From positions 9,343-73,342 of the forward strand of contig JBGQCF010000005.1 of assembly GCA_041495205.1 (NCBI GenBank): a stretch of DNA of 64,000 bases, written 5' to 3'. The number at the start of each line of letters is the position of its first letter. The first letter of the stretch is position 1. This DNA comes from Gammaproteobacteria bacterium (GTDB taxonomy: Bacteria; Pseudomonadota; Gammaproteobacteria; Burkholderiales; JAHFRG01). The translations under genes were made by a program, and so were the position numbers. Positions 27,690 to 36,264 of the stretch are shown in pieces. Under the pieces are notes generated by a model that saw nothing but the letters and a program-made list of their open reading frames with translations, had not been told where the DNA came from and did no database searches.

Positions 27690-30114
27690 CCTCGTGTGCG
27701 TGTGCGCCTTTGCTTAAACCGGTGTCCTCCCTGCCATAGGCGCGCCGGAGTTCGGCCAATTGCTTTAAGCGGTCCGCCACTCTGCGGTTGACGCTACCTT
27801 CTGGAAAATGTCCCTGGAGATCAGCCTCGCCCGCAGTCAAGCCGGTCAGCATTTCTATGGCCTGGTCCACGGTTTCCACCGGGTAGATGTGAAAGCGCCC
27901 GGCTGCAGCTGCATCCACTACGTCCCGTCGCAACATCAGGTGTGGCACGTTAGTGGCCGGGATGAGTACGCCCTGATCACCGCTCAGGCCACGTTTGCTG
28001 CAAATGTCGAAAAATCCCTCGATTTTCTCGTTCACCGCACCGATTGCCTGCACTCGTCCGAACTGATCTACCGAGCCGGTCACCGCCAGCGACTGTCGTA
28101 TCGGCTGGCCGGACAGTGAGGATAACAGTGCGCACAATTCCGCCACCGAAGCGCTATCACCTTCCACCGGACCGTAGGTCTGCTCGAACACAAGACTGGC
28201 TGACAGCGACAGCGGCAGCTCAGCGGCATAGCGCGAGGCGAGGAAGGAGGTGAGAATCAGCACGCCCTTGGAATGGATTGCACCGCCCAGCTTGACCTCA
28301 CGTTGGATATCGATCAACTCACCGCTACCCAGGCGGGTGGCAGCCGTGATGCGGGACGGCTGTGCAAAGGCAAATTGGCCAAGCTGGTATACCGAGAGAC
28401 CATTGACCTGTCCCACCTGGTCGCCTGACGTGTCTATCAACAGCGTGCCGCGTAAGATGGCTTCGTACGAACGATCGCGCAACCGGTCAGCACGGTGAAT
28501 CTGCGCTTCGATCGCCCGTTCGACATTCTCGCGCGCCACCGCTTTCTGGCCACCCTGCCCCGCCCAGTAGAAAGCCTCACGCACAAGGTCGGCCAGGCTT
28601 TCCATGTGGGTCGAGAGCTTCTCAGTATCCTCGGCACGGCGGGCGCAGTGCTCGATCACGCGCGCCACGGCTCCGCGATCGAACGGCAGCAGCCCTTCCT
28701 TGCGAGCCACCGTGGCGATCAACCGAGCATACAGAAGGTCGTTTTCCTCGCTGCGCGGTACCTCATCCTCGAAGTCAGCCGCGACCTTGAACAATTCCAC
28801 GAACTCCGGATCGTATTCGGCTAACAGGTAATACAACAATCGATCGCCCAGCAGGACTACCTTGACGTCCAGCGGAATCGGTTCCGGCTCCAGCGAAACG
28901 GTGCTGACCAGGCTGTACATTTGGCCAAGCGACTCGATGCGGATCTCGCGCGTGGACAAGGCACGCTTCAGCGCTTCCCAGGAAAACGGCTGCGTAATCA
29001 GCTTGAACGAATCCAGCAGCAAATAGCCACCGTTGGCCAAGTGCAGCGCACCGGGCTTTATCAACAGGAAATTAGTTACCAACGCACCCATTTGAGAAAG
29101 GTGCTCCACTCGTCCAATCAGGTTCTGGTAGGTCGGATGCTCCTCGTCGATAATCGGTACGCCACGCTGGTCGCCATGATCTACCAGCAAGTTGACCTGG
29201 AAGCGGCTGAGATCGGCACGCTCCGACAGTCCCATCAAAGCCGCGCCTAAAGATTCCTCCTTGGGCTGGCGGAAATCGTTCATGTTCTCGATGATGTTTT
29301 GCTGTACCTCGTCCAAATATGTCCGTACTGCCTGGAAATCGGCGTACTCGCTTCGTAGGGCATTGATCAAGTGCCCCACCGCGAACAGGACGGCCTCCTC
29401 CTTGAGCTTGCGCACGCGCTCAAAGCGCTCCCGCCGCCAGCGCGGCGCTTGATGGAGCATTTTTTCCAGCATTTCCTGCAAATTTCCGGTGTCGCGCTCG
29501 ATACGCTCCTTTTCGTCTTGCGGCAATTTGGAGAAGTCTTCCGGACTGATCACCTCGCCATCTTTGGTTGGGGCAAATGAGAAGCCATTAGGAGTGCGTA
29601 GCAGGACAATGCCACGCTTGGCAGCTACGTCGCCGACTTCCTCGAACGCCTTGGTCTGCTGCCCGCCAAATTCTTCGTTGATCTGATTGAGCCGGCGACG
29701 GTACTCCTCGCCCTCGAACACAGTAGGGATAATCGAGCACAAGTCTTCTACCAGTTGCTGCATGTGGGTGCGTAGCTTCGCCCCCATTCCTGCTGGCAGA
29801 TGGATAGCGCGCGGCTTATGGGGTTGGGAAAAATTATTAACGTAGCACCAGTCAAACGGGCGGGCCTCTCCAGCTATGCGCTGCTTGAGCAGTTGTCGCA
29901 TCAGGGTGCGCTTGCCGCTGCCACTCGGTCCCATGACGTAGAGGTTGTAGCCCTCGCGGCGCATGCCGATGCCGAACTGTGCAGCATCTACGGCACGTAC
30001 TTGTCCGATGATCTCGGTAAGGTCCTCGAGTTCCGCGGTAGTTTCGAAAGGGAACTTGGCGGGATCGCAGCGCCGGTAAAGACGTTCTGCCACCAATGGT
30101 TTGAAATTGCTCAT
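27667..30114 (-). CDS. Lon-like protease with an N-terminal AAA+ ATPase module (AAA_32/LonC-like architecture)
   Basis: The 815 aa ORF has a Walker A motif (GPSGSGKRT). The C-terminal Lon protease domain has the Ser motif VEGDSAS and a downstream Lys (AVNEKIEGF). Confidence 0.85.
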   Translation of the reverse strand: MSNFKPLVAERLYRRCDPAKFPFETTAELEDLTEIIGQVRAVDAAQFGIGMRREGYNLYVMGPSGSGKRTLMRQLLKQRIAGEARPFDWCYVNNFSQPHKPRAIHLPAGMGAKLRTHMQQLVEDLCSIIPTVFEGEEYRRRLNQINEEFGGQQTKAFEEVGDVAAKRGIVLLRTPNGFSFAPTKDGEVISPEDFSKLPQDEKERIERDTGNLQEMLEKMLHQAPRWRRERFERVRKLKEEAVLFAVGHLINALRSEYADFQAVRTYLDEVQQNIIENMNDFRQPKEESLGAALMGLSERADLSRFQVNLLVDHGDQRGVPIIDEEHPTYQNLIGRVEHLSQMGALVTNFLLIKPGALHLANGGYLLLDSFKLITQPFSWEALKRALSTREIRIESLGQMYSLVSTVSLEPEPIPLDVKVVLLGDRLLYYLLAEYDPEFVELFKVAADFEDEVPRSEENDLLYARLIATVARKEGLLPFDRGAVARVIEHCARRAEDTEKLSTHMESLADLVREAFYWAGQGGQKAVARENVERAIEAQIHRADRLRDRSYEAILRGTLLIDTSGDQVGQVNGLSVYQLGQFAFAQPSRITAATRLGSGELIDIQREVKLGGAIHSKGVLILTSFLASRYAAELPLSLSASLVFEQTYGPVEGDSASVAELCALLSSLSGQPIRQSLAVTGSVDQFGRVQAIGAVNEKIEGFFDICSKRGLSGDQGVLIPATNVPHLMLRRDVVDAAAAGRFHIYPVETVDQAIEMLTGLTAGEADLQGHFPEGSVNRRVADRLKQLAELRRAYGREDTGLSKGAHAHEDGDAGQP

Positions 30115-30254
30115 TGTTCTCTTTACATTGCGCGTATATCTGGTGAATCAAATAAATGTGCTGCTGCAATACGTATTGCTTTGCAGGTTGCCCATTCACG
30201 GCTTTTATATATCGTACCGTAATATTGGCATATTGATGGCAATCGCGTCCGGAG

Positions 30255-31289
30255 TCATGCGCTCCGCATTGCGATCAAGATCCCGGTGCCGCAACTCGCC
30301 GTCTCAAAGCGCACCGGCAGAAATTGTTCGATCAACCAAATCGTAGTTTGTGCGTGACTGCTCAGGGAACGTGCCGTAACCCGTGACGCTCCGCCGGCGA
30401 GCGCCAGGTAGATCAGAAGCTGATCGCTGGCATGTATGTCGAGCGCCACTCCGGCGCCTAGATCAGCAGCCAGTTCAGCTCCCGCCTCCTTGCCGAGTTG
30501 TTCGGCGCGCACGCCGCGCTGCGCCACACGCCCGGCACCGAAAACACTGCGCTCAGTTTCAGCCCACAGCACGATTGCTCCACCTTGGCCGTATGCTTGA
30601 TCATTGCCTAGCACTTGCGTCTTGATGGTCGACTCGGTAACGCCAAACCTTCGCAATGGCTCGATTGCGGCGCTGCGCATGCGCTCGACAATATGCCCCG
30701 GCAAATTCACGACATGAGCATTGCCAGACAACGCTTTCAGTTTCCCGGCGCAATCGAGTTGCAGCGCGTGCAGCGTGCCCGGATCGACAACAACCTCAAC
30801 CTCGCCACCGCCGCGCGGATAATATCCACGCCGCTGCAACTCGCCGCGCACCCGGGCCCCCATCCTGCCTAACAAAGCCAGCAACACGTGTTGAAAATAA
30901 TCGAATGGCGGCGCCGCTCGTACGTCAGTGCCACCGATTATGCGAACACGCACGCGCTCGCCGCTGTGGATCATCGCCGGCAACAGCGCCTGCAGCACCA
31001 GCGTAACACTGCCCGCAGTGCCGACGTCAAATTGAAAATCTCCGCCGCGCAGACGGCGCGGGCGAAACGCCAGCCGTTGCGCTTTCAGCGCGAGTCCGTC
31101 GACCTCGGCATCGCACAGCGCGGCAACTGCGTTTACCGCGGTCAGATGCTGCGCGGCAAGCCCCGGATTCGCACGCTTGGCGCGAACGTTCGTAATGGTG
31201 ACCGTGGTGCCAGTAATAGCAGCGAGCGCGACCGCCGTGCGTACCAGTTGTCCGCCGCCTTCGCCGTAGCAGCCGTCGATTTCGAGCAT
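30255..31289 (-). CDS. rtcA: RNA 3'-terminal phosphate cyclase
   Basis: The 344 aa ORF has the N-terminal block GEGGGQLVRTAVALAA and the adenylylatable His context (DIHASDQLLIYLALAGG). Confidence 0.9.
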   Translation of the reverse strand: MLEIDGCYGEGGGQLVRTAVALAAITGTTVTITNVRAKRANPGLAAQHLTAVNAVAALCDAEVDGLALKAQRLAFRPRRLRGGDFQFDVGTAGSVTLVLQALLPAMIHSGERVRVRIIGGTDVRAAPPFDYFQHVLLALLGRMGARVRGELQRRGYYPRGGGEVEVVVDPGTLHALQLDCAGKLKALSGNAHVVNLPGHIVERMRSAAIEPLRRFGVTESTIKTQVLGNDQAYGQGGAIVLWAETERSVFGAGRVAQRGVRAEQLGKEAGAELAADLGAGVALDIHASDQLLIYLALAGGASRVTARSLSSHAQTTIWLIEQFLPVRFETASCGTGILIAMRSA

Positions 31290-31503
31290 TTCAACCTCAA
31301 CACATCCTAACCGGGGTTCGAAGAATTTTGCGCCAGGGAATCGAAGGCCTTGAAGCGGCCATCACCCTGCAGACTCGGATCCGCTCGGCACAAGGGATTG
31401 TTGTCACCCGTCATCCTGGTCCAGCAAACCTCGGACCTCGCCCTCGGCCACATCGTGACCGGCGCCCGCGCCGCTTCGAGGCACTGAGCCGGAGCCGTTG
31501 TGG

Positions 31504-31512
31504 TGCTAAAAT
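31504..31512 (+). promoter_or_regulatory. Candidate extended -10 promoter element (TGcTAAAAT) for the MBL hydrolase gene
   Basis: A TGCTAAAAT motif lies 29 nt upstream of the ATG at 31541. No clear -35 element or Shine-Dalgarno sequence was seen. Confidence 0.3.
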
Positions 31513-31540
31513 CTGTAAACCATACTCAGTCGCATCGCAC

Positions 31541-32560
31541 ATGAAGCCAATCTTTCACCCGATGCTGGCAAATGGTCCGTTCGGGGACCCGGGCCTGTAT
31601 GTCGACTTTTTGTTTGAAAAACGCGCCCTGATGTTCGATCTGGGCGATCTCCGGGCGCTGGCACCGCGCAAGATCCTGCGCGTGAGCGACGTGTTTGTGT
31701 CGCACACGCATATGGACCACTTCATCGGCTTCGACTGGCTGCTCCGAATCTGTCTCGGCCGCGAGCATATGATGCGGCTTTACGGCCCGCCCGGATTCCT
31801 GGCTCAGGTGGCAAGCAAGCTCGGGGCGTACACCTGGAACTTGGTCGAGCGCTACGACACCGATTTCTCGCTCGAAGCGACCGAGATTCACCCCTCCGGC
31901 ATGGCGCGGCGCGCCCGCTTCCGTTGCCGGGCGGCGTTCCGGCGCGAACGTGAGCAAGAACTGCGAATAGATGACGTTCTGCTCGACGAGCCAGGGTTCC
32001 GGGTGCGCTGCGCGTTGCTCGATCACGGCACGCCGTGCCTTGGTTTCGCCCTTGAGGAAAAACAACACGTCAACGTCTGGAAGGACCGCCTCGAAGCGCT
32101 CGGCTTTCCGACCGGGCCGTGGCTGCAGGAACTCAAGGATGCGGTGCTCGCCAACGAGCCGGATGCGACACCGTTTCGGGTATGGTGGAGGACGCAAGGA
32201 GCTGTGCACGAGGAATTTTTCCCGCTCGGCGAACTCAGGCGGCGCATCCTCGAAGTCGTGCCCGGCCAGAAAATCGCATACATTACCGATGCCGCATACC
32301 ACCCGTCCAATGCCGCGTACATCGCGGCGTTGGCGGCGGGCGCTGACTTGTTGTTCATCGAAGCGCCGTTTCTCGCCGCCGATGCCGAACGCGCCGCGCA
32401 GAAGTACCATTTGACCGCACAACAGGCTGGGATCCTTGCTCGCGCCGCCAGCGTGAAAGCCGTGATCCCGTTCCATTTTTCGCCGCGCTATAGTGACCGC
32501 GAGGTCCAATTGCGCGACGAAATTGCAGATGCCTTTGCCGGGAACCCTGTGCCGCGCTGA
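31541..32560 (+). CDS. Metallo-beta-lactamase-fold hydrolase (RNase Z / PhnP-like)
   Basis: The 339 aa ORF starts at MKPIFHP and has the motif VSHTHMDH with downstream His/Asp blocks. The upstream part of the listed ORF (31328-31540) is an Arg/Pro-rich, non-coding-looking extension. Confidence 0.8.
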   Translation: MKPIFHPMLANGPFGDPGLYVDFLFEKRALMFDLGDLRALAPRKILRVSDVFVSHTHMDHFIGFDWLLRICLGREHMMRLYGPPGFLAQVASKLGAYTWNLVERYDTDFSLEATEIHPSGMARRARFRCRAAFRREREQELRIDDVLLDEPGFRVRCALLDHGTPCLGFALEEKQHVNVWKDRLEALGFPTGPWLQELKDAVLANEPDATPFRVWWRTQGAVHEEFFPLGELRRRILEVVPGQKIAYITDAAYHPSNAAYIAALAAGADLLFIEAPFLAADAERAAQKYHLTAQQAGILARAASVKAVIPFHFSPRYSDREVQLRDEIADAFAGNPVPR

Positions 32561-32583
32561 TGCATGACAGCCAGTACACAGCC

Positions 32584-32865
32584 TCAGTGGTCTTCCAGCC
32601 TGGGAATGCTTTCCTCGGCGGGCTCTCCGGTCTCGGGATCGATCCAGTCTGCAATCCCAGCGTCCGCCTCGGCTTCCTCGAGAGTCTCACCTGGTTCGAC
32701 TTCGGAATTGTCCCGATACTGCATGTCCTGGATCGCTTCGATCAGACCCGGAAATGGACCTGATTCATCACCACCGCTCTTGGACTGCCAGTAGAACCCA
32801 TCAGGGCGCTCGATAATGCGCGTCTTGTCGTAATCTGGGGGCGTTTCAGGAATGATATGGGTCAT
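32584..32865 (-). CDS. Hypothetical small acidic protein
   Basis: The 93 aa ORF has a strongly acidic C-terminal half. Its ATG overlaps the stop of the upstream small ORF (ATGA). Confidence 0.5.
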   Translation of the reverse strand: MTHIIPETPPDYDKTRIIERPDGFYWQSKSGGDESGPFPGLIEAIQDMQYRDNSEVEPGETLEEAEADAGIADWIDPETGEPAEESIPRLEDH

Positions 32866-33092
32866 GTTACAGCTCCTTGCTGCGCTGGATAAATGACATC
32901 ACCGAAATCTATAGGCATAGGCGACCGTGGTCGCCTGCGGGAACTCGCCGCCCCAATGGTGGCAAAGCTCATGATGTTGTGCCGCTTAAGCTGTTCCAGG
33001 GTAGACGCCTTGCGTGCGTGGTTCATTTCTTGCCTCCTTGCCACTGCCTGCAGCAGCGGTACATGGATGGATTCGGCTTTGCCTTTTTTCAT
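32862..33092 (-). CDS. Hypothetical small basic protein
   Basis: The 76 aa Arg/Lys-rich ORF has a 4-nt ATGA overlap with the downstream acidic ORF, which suggests translational coupling. Confidence 0.35.
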   Translation of the reverse strand: MKKGKAESIHVPLLQAVARRQEMNHARKASTLEQLKRHNIMSFATIGAASSRRRPRSPMPIDFGDVIYPAQQGAVT

Positions 33093-33456
33093 TATCTACT
33101 TGCAGGACGATGGACATTTTGATCCATATCAATCGCGCGCCCCCGGCTATAACCGGCAGTCGCGAAGCGAGCCGGACGACTTGACCGGTCTATCTCAGTC
33201 CAAATTCAAACAGAATGTTGCGTGGAAACGGACCGGGGCTTCGCGTTGCAGATGCTGGTAAATTAGACACCGGAGCCTCAATTAGCGTCTTATTTAGGTA
33301 CTTACCGCGCGACACCCAGAACGAGCAATACTATGCCCAAGGTAATCAGCCACTTGCTCACACCGCGTTCTTTTCGACAATGGTAATGGTGTTTAAATAT
33401 TATCGCGCTTAACTTCAAGACGTCCCAACGCAAATCGCAATGGCATCGAGCCAAAC

Positions 33457-34023
33457 CTAAACCCGATGCCTACTTTCACCCTGCGTAACACCTCCGGCGA
33501 TTATATGCGCAGTGCGCAACGGTTCCGGAATCAAACTATGGACCGCGAAACGCCGCAGCAGGTTTTCGGTTTCCGCAAGGGAACTGCCACGGCGCTGGAC
33601 GTAAACCCCGGCTACGTGTTCCATTGGTCCGGCGCGCTCGATAAGCTGCCATTTGCGCTTTCCTCCCGGCACATGGCTTAGCAGCGCGCGGCGGATCGCC
33701 TCCAGGTTCGGCCTGCGGCGGGTTACCAGAATTACTGGAATGCCCAGCGCCGCGTGAAGCGCGTCCAGGTCGACTACATTGAATCCTGCGAGCGCAATCC
33801 CCTGCAGCAGCACAGCGTGAGTCTGGGACCGGAAACGCGAGTGTCGCACCAAATCAGTCAATACCTTGGTGGAATTTACTCCGTCGCGCCGAACCTTGCC
33901 GGAGAGCACGGCGTCCAGCCGCAGTCCCGCATACACTGCCCCTACTACCAGCACATTCCCGCGGTAATTCTGATCAAAGGGGGCATCATCAAAACCGATA
34001 ATGTGTGTAAGGCGCCTCGACAT
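33457..34023 (-). CDS. DUF99 / UPF0215-like protein (mostly archaeal family with a nuclease-like fold)
   Basis: The 188 aa ORF has the N-terminal block IIGFDDAPF and the blocks LQGIALAGFNVVD and EPLRTAHIIA. I assigned the family from memory. Confidence 0.6.
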   Translation of the reverse strand: MSRRLTHIIGFDDAPFDQNYRGNVLVVGAVYAGLRLDAVLSGKVRRDGVNSTKVLTDLVRHSRFRSQTHAVLLQGIALAGFNVVDLDALHAALGIPVILVTRRRPNLEAIRRALLSHVPGGKRKWQLIERAGPMEHVAGVYVQRRGSSLAETENLLRRFAVHSLIPEPLRTAHIIAGGVTQGESRHRV

Positions 34024-34266
34024 GTGATAGAGCAGCGTAACTGGCTTGTTTGTACCAAGTTAATCGTTAATCTCAACTTAACGAAAAGGAATAGGTCACG
34101 TCAAGAAAAGGATTAGGCCGCCACTAGATTGCAGTCCAGCATAAACATTCCCTCTGGCTTATTTTGCACGTCTCATGGAGTGAAGGAGAGATTAACAAGC
34201 AGTTTTCAGCCCTGGAAGTGCATTAAACTATAAATCAACAATGTGCTGAACAAATCACGTCTAAAA

Positions 34267-34995
34267 ATGCGCGGGATAATTTACGTTGGTACAAGCGGCT
34301 GGACTTACGACGCGTGGAAGGACGGCTTTTATGCCGGCATCCCGCGCAGCGCATGGCTGAAATACTATACCCAACACTTTCATGCAGTCGAAGTGAACGC
34401 CACCTTCTATCACCAACTCAGACAGAGCACCTTCGCTAAGTGGGCGGAAACAACCCCTCCCGATTTCCGGTTCGCGATCAAGGGCCACCGCTACTTGACA
34501 CATGTCTTGAAGCTGGAAGTTTCTCGAGAAGTTTTTTTGCGGCAAATGCAAGCCGTTAAGCCCTTGGGCAAACAGCTCGCTGTGATGCTTTGGCAGCTAC
34601 CCGCCGGACTGAAGTGCGATCCACTACGCTTGGAGCGATTCGCGCGTATGCTTGATACTTGGCAGGAGACCCGTCATGCTTTGGAATTCAGGCACCAATC
34701 GTGGTTCGACGAGCCTACTGCGGAGTGCCTGCGGCGTCACCGTCTCGCTGCCTGCCAATCGGACGCAGCGGATTGGCCTTTGTGGGACGCCGTGACGACT
34801 GATCTGGTCTACGTGAGGCTGCACGGGCACCGCATCACATATGAATCCAGCTATGCTGCTCGGCAACTCGCCGATTGGGCAAAACGCATCCGGCGTTGGT
34901 CGATGGAAGGGCGCGACGTGCACATTTACTTTGATAATACCGATGCCGGGCACGCTCCGCGCGATGCGCAGCGTCTGGTCGCATCGCTGGCTTGA
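34267..34995 (+). CDS. DUF72 (YecE/UPF0759) family protein
   Basis: The protein carries the blocks IYVGTSGWTYDAWKDGFY, VEVNATFY and YFDN. The start is set at the ATG rather than the upstream GTG. Confidence 0.85.
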   Translation: MRGIIYVGTSGWTYDAWKDGFYAGIPRSAWLKYYTQHFHAVEVNATFYHQLRQSTFAKWAETTPPDFRFAIKGHRYLTHVLKLEVSREVFLRQMQAVKPLGKQLAVMLWQLPAGLKCDPLRLERFARMLDTWQETRHALEFRHQSWFDEPTAECLRRHRLAACQSDAADWPLWDAVTTDLVYVRLHGHRITYESSYAARQLADWAKRIRRWSMEGRDVHIYFDNTDAGHAPRDAQRLVASLA

Positions 34996-35019
34996 TTGCG
35001 CCGGAGCGGCATGCTCGCG

Positions 35020-36120
35020 TTAATTCCAGCGCAATAGAAAAGTATCATCCGCTTGTCGCTCTACCCGTGTACCGAGCTTCATGCCTTCGCGGTTCAGGCA
35101 CTCGAATAACCAAAGCATGCCCTCCTCGGGTGCGCGGTTAACGCGGAAGCGGCGAATCTGGGTCGGAGTGGCAGTGAATTGCAGCAGCCTGCCGGTGGAA
35201 GCATCCACAACCGGGAAGTACATCAGCGAGAGATCGGCCCTGTAGCTCTCGTGCCCGCCGATACCTTCGTAGTCATTTAGGAAATCACCGCAGCCGTAAA
35301 TGATTGGCCTTTCCCGGTAGACTTCGATACCCTTTACGTGGTGCGAGGAATGGCCGTGTACCACATCTATTCCAGCGGTGTCGATGAGGCGATGCGCAAA
35401 TGCGCGCTCTTCGTACGACACATCAAAAATCCAATTGCCGCCCCAGTGGATGGAAAACACGGCTATGTCTCCTGCCTTCTTTTCGCTAAATATCCGTCGC
35501 GCGATTATGCCCACAGTATGCTCGGAAAAATCCTTCAGGAAATTAACGCCGGAACGCTCTTTCGTTGCCGCCCATTCGCCAGCTACACCACTGCTCTCCA
35601 TTGCAAAGGCGAATACAAGCACCCTTCCCTTGTTAGCCACCTCGATACGCGCCGGCGCCGCCGCTTCCTCTTGGTTGCGCCCCGCTCCGGCAGTACGCAG
35701 GCCTGCTCGGTGCAGTGTATCTAGAGATTCGGTCAGTCCACTACGCCCCCAGTCCAGCATGTGATTGTTGGCCAATACACAGCAATCGGGTTTTGCGGCG
35801 GTGAGGCAAGGTATATTCGCGGGACTCATGCGGTAATGGATACCCTTTCCTGGCCAGGCGTCTTTGCTTGACGTAACAGAGGTCTCCAAATTGATTATGC
35901 GCACATCCGGCCGAACGCGTTCGAACTCCATCAAGGCATCGCCCCAAATGTAAGCAAAATCGACAGGCTTCTTGAAAGTTCCGCTAGCGCGCTCGGCCAA
36001 CTCCACGTAGTCAGTCGCCGAGCGCACGTATGGCTCGAAAAGATGCGGCTGGCTTGGGTGCGGCAGTATCTGGTCCACACCCCGACCAGTCATAACGTCG
36101 CCACACAGAAATAACATCAT
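35020..36120 (-). CDS. CapA/PGA_cap-family metallophosphoesterase (orphan; no capB or capC nearby)
   Basis: The protein carries the blocks LCGDVMTGRG, LANNHMLDWG, FSIHWGGNW and VHGHSSHH. The start is set at the ATG (MMLFLCGD). Confidence 0.8.
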   Translation of the reverse strand: MMLFLCGDVMTGRGVDQILPHPSQPHLFEPYVRSATDYVELAERASGTFKKPVDFAYIWGDALMEFERVRPDVRIINLETSVTSSKDAWPGKGIHYRMSPANIPCLTAAKPDCCVLANNHMLDWGRSGLTESLDTLHRAGLRTAGAGRNQEEAAAPARIEVANKGRVLVFAFAMESSGVAGEWAATKERSGVNFLKDFSEHTVGIIARRIFSEKKAGDIAVFSIHWGGNWIFDVSYEERAFAHRLIDTAGIDVVHGHSSHHVKGIEVYRERPIIYGCGDFLNDYEGIGGHESYRADLSLMYFPVVDASTGRLLQFTATPTQIRRFRVNRAPEEGMLWLFECLNREGMKLGTRVERQADDTFLLRWN

Positions 36121-36264
36121 GGGAACGGGCGAAATTACTCCGCACTGGCCGCTCGGTGCCACGCCGGGTTGACTTCCGCACTGGAGTTTGATGCTGTATT
36201 CGCAGGTTCTTCCACTGCTTCAGCATCCAGGGCATTCTTCTGAGTGTTTGCGGGCACATTCATG

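Noticed and set aside
30225-30240. A sigma54-like motif, TGGCATATTGATGGCA (GG-N10-GC spacing), lies in the rtcA/Lon spacer. It is tempting because canonical rtc operons are sigma54-dependent.
   Set aside because: The motif sits on the plus strand and points into the 3' end of rtcA, antisense to every gene here. The minus strand of both the 30115-30254 and 31290-31540 spacers shows only weak GG-N10-GC matches of the kind expected by chance in GC-rich DNA. No RtcR-like activator gene is present.
31328-31540. A 71-codon N-terminal extension of the MBL hydrolase ORF starts from a TTG.
   Set aside because: The extension is Arg/Pro-rich low-complexity sequence (RPRPHRDRRPRRF) with no MBL homology. 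The conserved-looking N-terminus starts at the ATG at 31541.
33302-33361. A tiny 19-codon hydrophobic ORF on the minus strand (GTG start, MSKWLITLGIVLLVLGVAR) could be a type I toxin-like or small membrane peptide.
   Set aside because: It is too short to distinguish from chance. It has no Shine-Dalgarno sequence, no recognisable family and no antisense RNA features that I could support.
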